This document shows positions 23,554 through 64,000 of a stretch of 64,000 bases of DNA, one piece after another; the stretch's first letter is position 1; every line of letters starts with the position of its first letter. Origin of the DNA: Chrysomallon squamiferum (Eukaryota > Animalia > Mollusca). The translations under genes were made by a program, and so were the position numbers. Location of the stretch: NCBI GenBank assembly GCA_012295275.1, contig CM022672.1, forward strand, positions 1,054,001 through 1,118,000, given 5' to 3'. The notes under the pieces are model-generated. The model saw nothing but the letters and a program-made list of their open reading frames with translations. It ran no database searches and was not told where the DNA came from.

Positions 23554-26359
23554 TACTGCAGAGTGCTGCTAGTCTGTGATAAGTCTTACTAAGTGAAGGA
23601 TAAGATGACTGTGAACATTCAGAAACTGGAGAACTTCAAATGAAGCAGATTCAGTCTCGTTTGGGTAATGGTTGACTGATAAATCTTGTCTTGGGTATCT
23701 TCAAATTCAGTTGGATTGTTGCAGTGGTCATTTGAAAGTCCAGAAGCAGATTTATACCAGATAATTGTTATTTATTTTTTATTACAAGATGGGAGTCAGC
23801 AGGTAAATTCTGACCACAGATTTTTAATAATTTGCCAGACATAACAGGATAAAAAGACGTGATTTGAAAACAGTTTATGTAGTGTTTACTGGTGAATGTA
23901 TACAATATGGAGGAATAAAAAACAAAAATAGAATATTGTATATATCAGAAAATATTTTTAAATTAATCAGATGGAGAAAAAAAAGAGAAGATTTTGGAGT
24001 GTTTTGAAATAACAAACTAGCCAGTGTATGTGTGTGTGTGTTAGCTAAACCAACAGAGTTGCATCCTGTATGCATGAGAGACCCTTGAAATGAGCAAAAA
24101 AATAACTGATTTCACATCATCATATACAGTGATTTGTTTAAAAACATATACATTCATGTGTTGGAAATTACTTCAAGTGCAGCCTGGGTCCAGATCTTCA
24201 TTAATTTCTGTACGGAACTATTCCTGATCCGTATCCATATAATCTGTTTATTTCTGTAACCCCTCCATTCCCAGTACTGATAAATACTGTTTTTTTTATT
24301 TATTAAAACATTATATTACTGTTTTATACATCTCAACATATATTCTCACTTCACTTAAATGTGAAATTATTTATTGTCTACAGAATAAATTTTTAAACTG
24401 GATGGAATATTTTTAGTCTGTTGGAATTTTGTGTAGCAGTTATGATGTGATTGAGTTTATTTTAATTTCTTGAAAGTGTAATTGTTACTGAAGCTTTAAG
24501 CAGAATGGAAAATTAACATAATTTCAAATACTCACTTGATATTTTCTAAGAAAACCCAAAATGTTATAAATGTGTTTTTCTCATTTGCTTACTAACAGCA
24601 AATTTCAACTGATGAATTTTATTTAACAGCAAAAAATATGGAAGTTGAATGACAAATGCATTTTTCTTGGATTTTGTAAAACTTATGTCTGATGTTCCAT
24701 CAAAGCTGGTCATGGCTGCGCAGTTTCTGTGTTGGTTGCTGTGCATATCAGAAACGTTGCCTGTCATTTTAAAATCCAAAAAACATGTTTTTTTTTGTTT
24801 TTTTCTGAGTGAGGGCCACTGTTAATTTCCATTTTTACTCAGAGCATCAAAAGTTCCACATAGTGATTAAAAAATGAGTACTATAGAGCAGAAAACAACA
24901 GACATTTATGGATAGGCACGAAGAAAATGAGTATTATTTATTTAGTACAAAAATCTTTCACATTTTTTGTTTAAATTCATTGAAATGATTGTAAGGCTGC
25001 TGCTATGAAGAAATGTTTGATGAATGTAAAATTACTGTTTTGTGAGTGGACAATCAATTTTATTTCATGTACTTGTATTTTATACCTCAGTATATTATAT
25101 ATCATTGTAATAAAAATCTCGAATGGAAATGGATTCGGGAAAATTATTCTGGTATTTATTGAAGATTGATTCTTGGATGAATATTAATAAAATGTATAAA
25201 AAATTGTTTCTAGAAGATGTATGAGAAAGTGCTAGTTTCTTAATAATAGTTCATGAACCTCCTAGAATGTCAGGGCAGGCTATTATTTGTATTTTCTCCA
25301 AAACAAAAAACCCCCTAAACTATAAAAATAAATGATTTAAAACAGTAAAGTATATTATTTAGATGAATTCTGCTATGTAATACAATATGTGAAAAACAAG
25401 CATGGTAGCAAATTCTCCATTATGTGTAATGAACTGAATGTTGAGAAATTTAAAATTAAATTCTTCATTACCTGGACAAGTTTTTAATGGTCTTTTTGGA
25501 TCAGATAGTTTGTTTATAAATTTTACTCATGAATAATTTGTTTCTGTGATCTGGGTTAAAATTACACACATCAGAATAATTCATTTCAAAGCAGTGAATG
25601 AGTTCAGTAGGTATTCATTTCATTTTCTATTGAACAAAGAAATATTTGTAATTTAATTCTCAGAGAATTTAGACAGGAATGTTTATCACTTCTGCATAAT
25701 AAATAATGAATAAGTAAAATAATGAGTTTTTCTAATATTTATCACAGGTTGAGTTTGTCATGTCATCAGTTAAAATTTTAAACAGAATCTTGACACAAAA
25801 TTAAATTTATCAGGTGTGTCTGATGATGTAGAGGATTAATGAAATAAAGATCCTAGTAAGAAACAAGTTGGTGAAATGAACAGGAATGTCTGATACTAAG
25901 TGCTAGCAACCATTTTCTAGATAAAATTCCTGTTCCGATTTCTACTCATTTATTTTAATTATGTTTCATCAAATAAATACTACAGCACATTAACGTTTGA
26001 AAAATAACAGATATTAATAAAACTAAATACTTTAATTTTATTCTGATTCAACACATTTAATTATTATTTTCTGTAAACTGATAAATGAACTATGAAAGAA
26101 ATAATAATGGAAACTGTTGAGAAATGAAGTAATGTATAAAATAATTTAAATTTCAGTAGTATTTCAACTAAGCAGTTTAATTATATTTAACAACAAATGT
26201 TTTTGTTAACAATGCAGTACATACAAGATGTTTGAAAACAGTAAGATAACAAGTCACAAGTACCACACACACACACACACACACACACATACAAAAACAC
26301 GCATGCACATTCACACACCTTATTCTAAAATGCATTCTAATGTGTCCAAAATCTCTTTC

Positions 26360-26391
<32 letters not shown>

Positions 26392-28160
26392 TATATGTAT
26401 TTTTGGATGCACTAGAATTCATTTATGTCAATTATGACCCTTTCCACAATATGCAAAGTTACTGATAGAATCTTATTTTAAAAATAGGATACAATTCTTT
26501 ACTTTATTTACTAGTATTGTTGTAATGGAACTTTGTTTCTCACCACAATACTGTAGTAGTACACACCATGCTTGGACCACAGAAAAACATTTTCATATCA
26601 GCATTTAGAACACATTAGTTACTGACTTTACAACACAGAAAGTCACACATCACTTATATGTGATATTTTAGGAATGTTAAATAAAATAGCTGAAAGTAGA
26701 GATTAATAGGATGAAATTTTAACACCTGTATGTGCATACAGACATACACATATTTACATATATTCTTGCATGCATTCATTCCCTAACACACTCAAAGCAC
26801 GCACTCATACATACATACACACATATATACTTATACAAATCCGTATGACATGAATGCAGTTAATTACTTGATATTCATAGCATTCTGTTCTAGAGAAGTA
26901 CAATGATCACTTATCCTAAGATAAAGGCAATAATTCATGTCACTGGTGTTAAAATAAAAATATTATCTGTAACATTTTGTTTACCAAATGTGACAGAAAA
27001 ATCAGTTGAAGTAGTAGACAAATGAAATTGTTAAAAATATCAACACTACAGTTTTCATATATGTATGCCCTATCAAAATAATCTTTACCTGCTGTAATGT
27101 GAAATACATTGCATTAAATGCCAAACTCTTCATTAAAAAAAAACAAAAAACAAAACCCACCAAAATACACAAAAGAAATCAGTTTGAAAATGAAAATTCA
27201 TTTCCTGTTAATAATAATAATAATAATAATAATAGTTTATAAAACAATCTTCAATTTTTTTCTAAATAAAAAAGAAGAAAGTTGTTACCTGATTAACAAT
27301 TTTTATTAAAAAAAAAAAAAAAAAATCACTTATTTAATTCCTTAAAGTTGCAGTGTATCTGCTTCCAACTTCTGAAATGATAAACAAAAAAAACACATTT
27401 CATCATAAACTAAATTTAGCCTGAATGGTTCTGACAAAGAACTTCAGTACAAATTTAAGGACTAGTGCAGTGTGTATAAAGGACTTTTCAGGGCCAGTAA
27501 TGTACTGAGTGATGCAACTATACAAAATGTACAAAATGAGTGTCACTCTTTAACCCAACATCACAGTACTGAGAAAAATGAAAAATGAAATTTTGTTAAA
27601 CACCAAAAAATAGTGTGTGGGTTTGTTCTTTTTCTTTCTTTTTAAATCAAACTTTACAAATTTTAGAACCTGAACCTGAAATTTAAGGATATTGATGTTA
27701 CATGGGAACCATGCATAATAAACTTGTTGATCAAATTCTGTATTATGCTGAAATATTGCACTTTTTTTTATTCATTTTGTTCATCTTATTATTAAACTGA
27801 GCCAGTACAGTAAAAAAACCAAACAAAAAAAAACCAAACTAATAATACAAAATTACTACAATAAGTTAATAATAATAATAAATATGAACAAAGAGTGTAG
27901 TTAATAACACATTAATTAATAATACAAAATTAATAAGAAGTCAATTCTAAAACATCAAAAATGTAAATGTCCCTAGAATCATAACATCTCCACCATAACT
28001 AAACAACAAATTACTTGTTTCATACTTGCACATTCAGCAGCTCATGCATACACACACATACACAGACAGACAGACAAAAACATAAAAGCATTCCAGTCAG
28101 CACCACAGTTCATCTGATCACAAAATATCAAAATAAAACATCTCTGAACATTTTCTAATA

Positions 28161-62296
<34,136 letters not shown>

Positions 62297-62379
62297 TATT
62301 TGACATACATATCAAACTATAAATTATACTGTTTTTCTTTATTACGTCCTTATTTGAATACGTTTTAGAAAATATCTCT

Positions 62380-62660
62380 TAGGTGTCTTCTACCGCCATA
62401 TTGGTTGGTGTTTTTAATTTCCTCCGTAAAACTTCTTCAAATACTAAGCACCGAGGTTGAAATCACCAATGTCCAGTTTTTTGTTAAACGTTACTGCTTC
62501 TAGCAATTACAGTACTTTTAATAACAGTTCTACTATTATTTTGGAACGCATTAGAAAGTAATAAATATTTACAGAACAATCACTTAAGCCAGTTAATATT
62601 TGTAAAAAGTCAGCGATGTAGTTATGAAAGTTGATTTGATTAGATTAGCCAATGAAATTA
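62380..62660 (-). promoter_or_regulatory. Putative SLF2 promoter / TSS region
   Basis: YY1-like ATATGGCGG near 62401-62393 (minus), CCAAT boxes at 62404-62400 (minus), 62466-62470 and 62649-62653 (plus), CHR-like TTTGAA at 62441-62436 (minus), locally more CpG. Short motifs, so this is inference. Confidence 0.4.
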
Positions 62661-63624
62661 ATGGGGAAAAAAGCAGTTTTATACAGGTATCGAAACATTT
62701 ATCCGAGAAGCTTGAGGCAGGAGATAGTCTGGATTTTTGGGGTACAGGCTAAATATTTACTTAAAATATGAAATAAAGAATGAAATGAAACAACTACTGA
62801 GTTACAAATTAAAACACTTCTAAACTAAAACAGGTTCGGTACTTGTATCGGGGTTATAAAAACCACCGAAACAAGGACAGACATAAAGCCAAGATATTAA
62901 CGTGATATGCTCAGTGTGATGCGTTAGATTGCATATAAACATTTCACCATGTTTTTTTCTGCAGATTTTGTGTGTGTGTGTTCTAGCCAAGACAACTGCT
63001 AATGACTGATTAAATCGGAAGAAAGAGGGCTAGTACAAATTGCAGTAACATGTAATCAGTAGCATCTGCATAGCATAGCATAACGTTCTTTAAAAGAATC
63101 TTGATTTTTTTCAATCATAAATATTTTAAATATTTAATGGTTAAAAAGTTAGAAAGATGCTATGATGTATGTGTGTGTACGTGGCCAGGTGCACAAAGCA
63201 CCCTGATACAAAATCTTAAGTTCGATCTTGATTACATCATTAATTTCTCTGCCTGATTGTACAACATGATAAACAATAATAGTATAACATTATAAATGAT
63301 AATACTATGGTTATATTGCAGAGAATTGGCCCAAATGTCTATCTCCCTTACCAGATATTCACTCTTCTCTCTTGAACCCTCTTTACCACAGTCACACAGA
63401 TAACATGTCACACTCCTGACCAATACAGGCAGACCATTACTGTCATGGCTTCCTTAAGATAGCCCCACTGACAGTGTTTACCATATATTAATGTCCCAAG
63501 TACTTTAAGTCTAAACATGGAGAAATAAACCTCAGACATGTTAATGGTGTCTATGTATCTTTAGATTATATTTGGTGATTTTAGTTGAGTCCCTCACTTA
63601 TATGTTACAGTCAATATGTCAAAA

Positions 63625-63707
63625 TAGTCATTTGGCCTAATGACTAAAATTTCCAGAAATTAGGTCAAATGACTCGAAGAGACCTCTAGTCATTAGGCAA
63701 AATGACT
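63625..63707. repeat. Nested inverted-repeat cluster
   Basis: agtcatttggcctaatgacta (63626-63646) vs tagtcattaggcaaaatgact (63687-63707) are reverse complements with 1 mismatch in 21. A partial third copy, attaggtcaaatgact, lies at 63659-63674. Confidence 0.8.
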
Positions 63708-64000
63708 GAATGAAAAAGAATGATTTGCAATTAACTGAAAATATTTATTTCTAAATATATCAACTAGTGTTCTATTTATTACAGCAGTTCAAACGAGTGA
63801 TATCTTGAACTGCACAACAGGCTTTCTTGAAACATTTACGTTTTGTTTGACACTTCTTTGTCCCCCTTACAATTACATTTCACAAGACCTTCTCCTGCAG
63901 ATGACTCCTTTGACACTGCTGCTCCAAGAGACATAGTGCATTCTCTGTTTACATCATCCAACAATAGCAGTCTCTGGGGACACACATCAAACTGGTTTGT

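Noticed and set aside
62379-62399. ATGGCG in strong Kozak context as the SLF2 start
   Set aside because: Closes after 6 codons (TAA) with no phase-compatible donor; treated as a uORF/YY1 site.

Overview
Eukaryotic, very AT-rich, microsatellite-rich, intron-containing animal DNA. It looks like an invertebrate, but the taxon cannot be fixed from this window. Three spliced genes could be reconstructed by hand with consistent intron phases. (1) Rab24 on the minus strand: 7 coding exons, 13855->8902, 206 aa. (2) THG1L, tRNA(His) guanylyltransferase, on the plus strand: 5 coding exons, 19343->23553, with an optional N-terminal mitochondrial-type presequence, head-to-head with Rab24. (3) A very large SLF2/FAM178A-family (SMC5/6 localisation factor 2) gene on the minus strand, about 62296->28161. 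Its conserved C-terminal domain is preceded by three giant (1.9, 3.0 and 3.6 kb) low-complexity phase-1 blocks, two of which look like self-contained ORFs. Also present are a TA-flanked Tc1/mariner-type MITE (2384-2988), a 39-bp minisatellite and many microsatellites. The most unusual signal recurs in all three genes: introns contain decayed tandem copies ('echoes') of the adjacent splice junction and exon edge, some of which keep usable GT/AG sites. Family assignments rest on recalled motif similarity, not database searches. Exon models are manual and lack RNA support.
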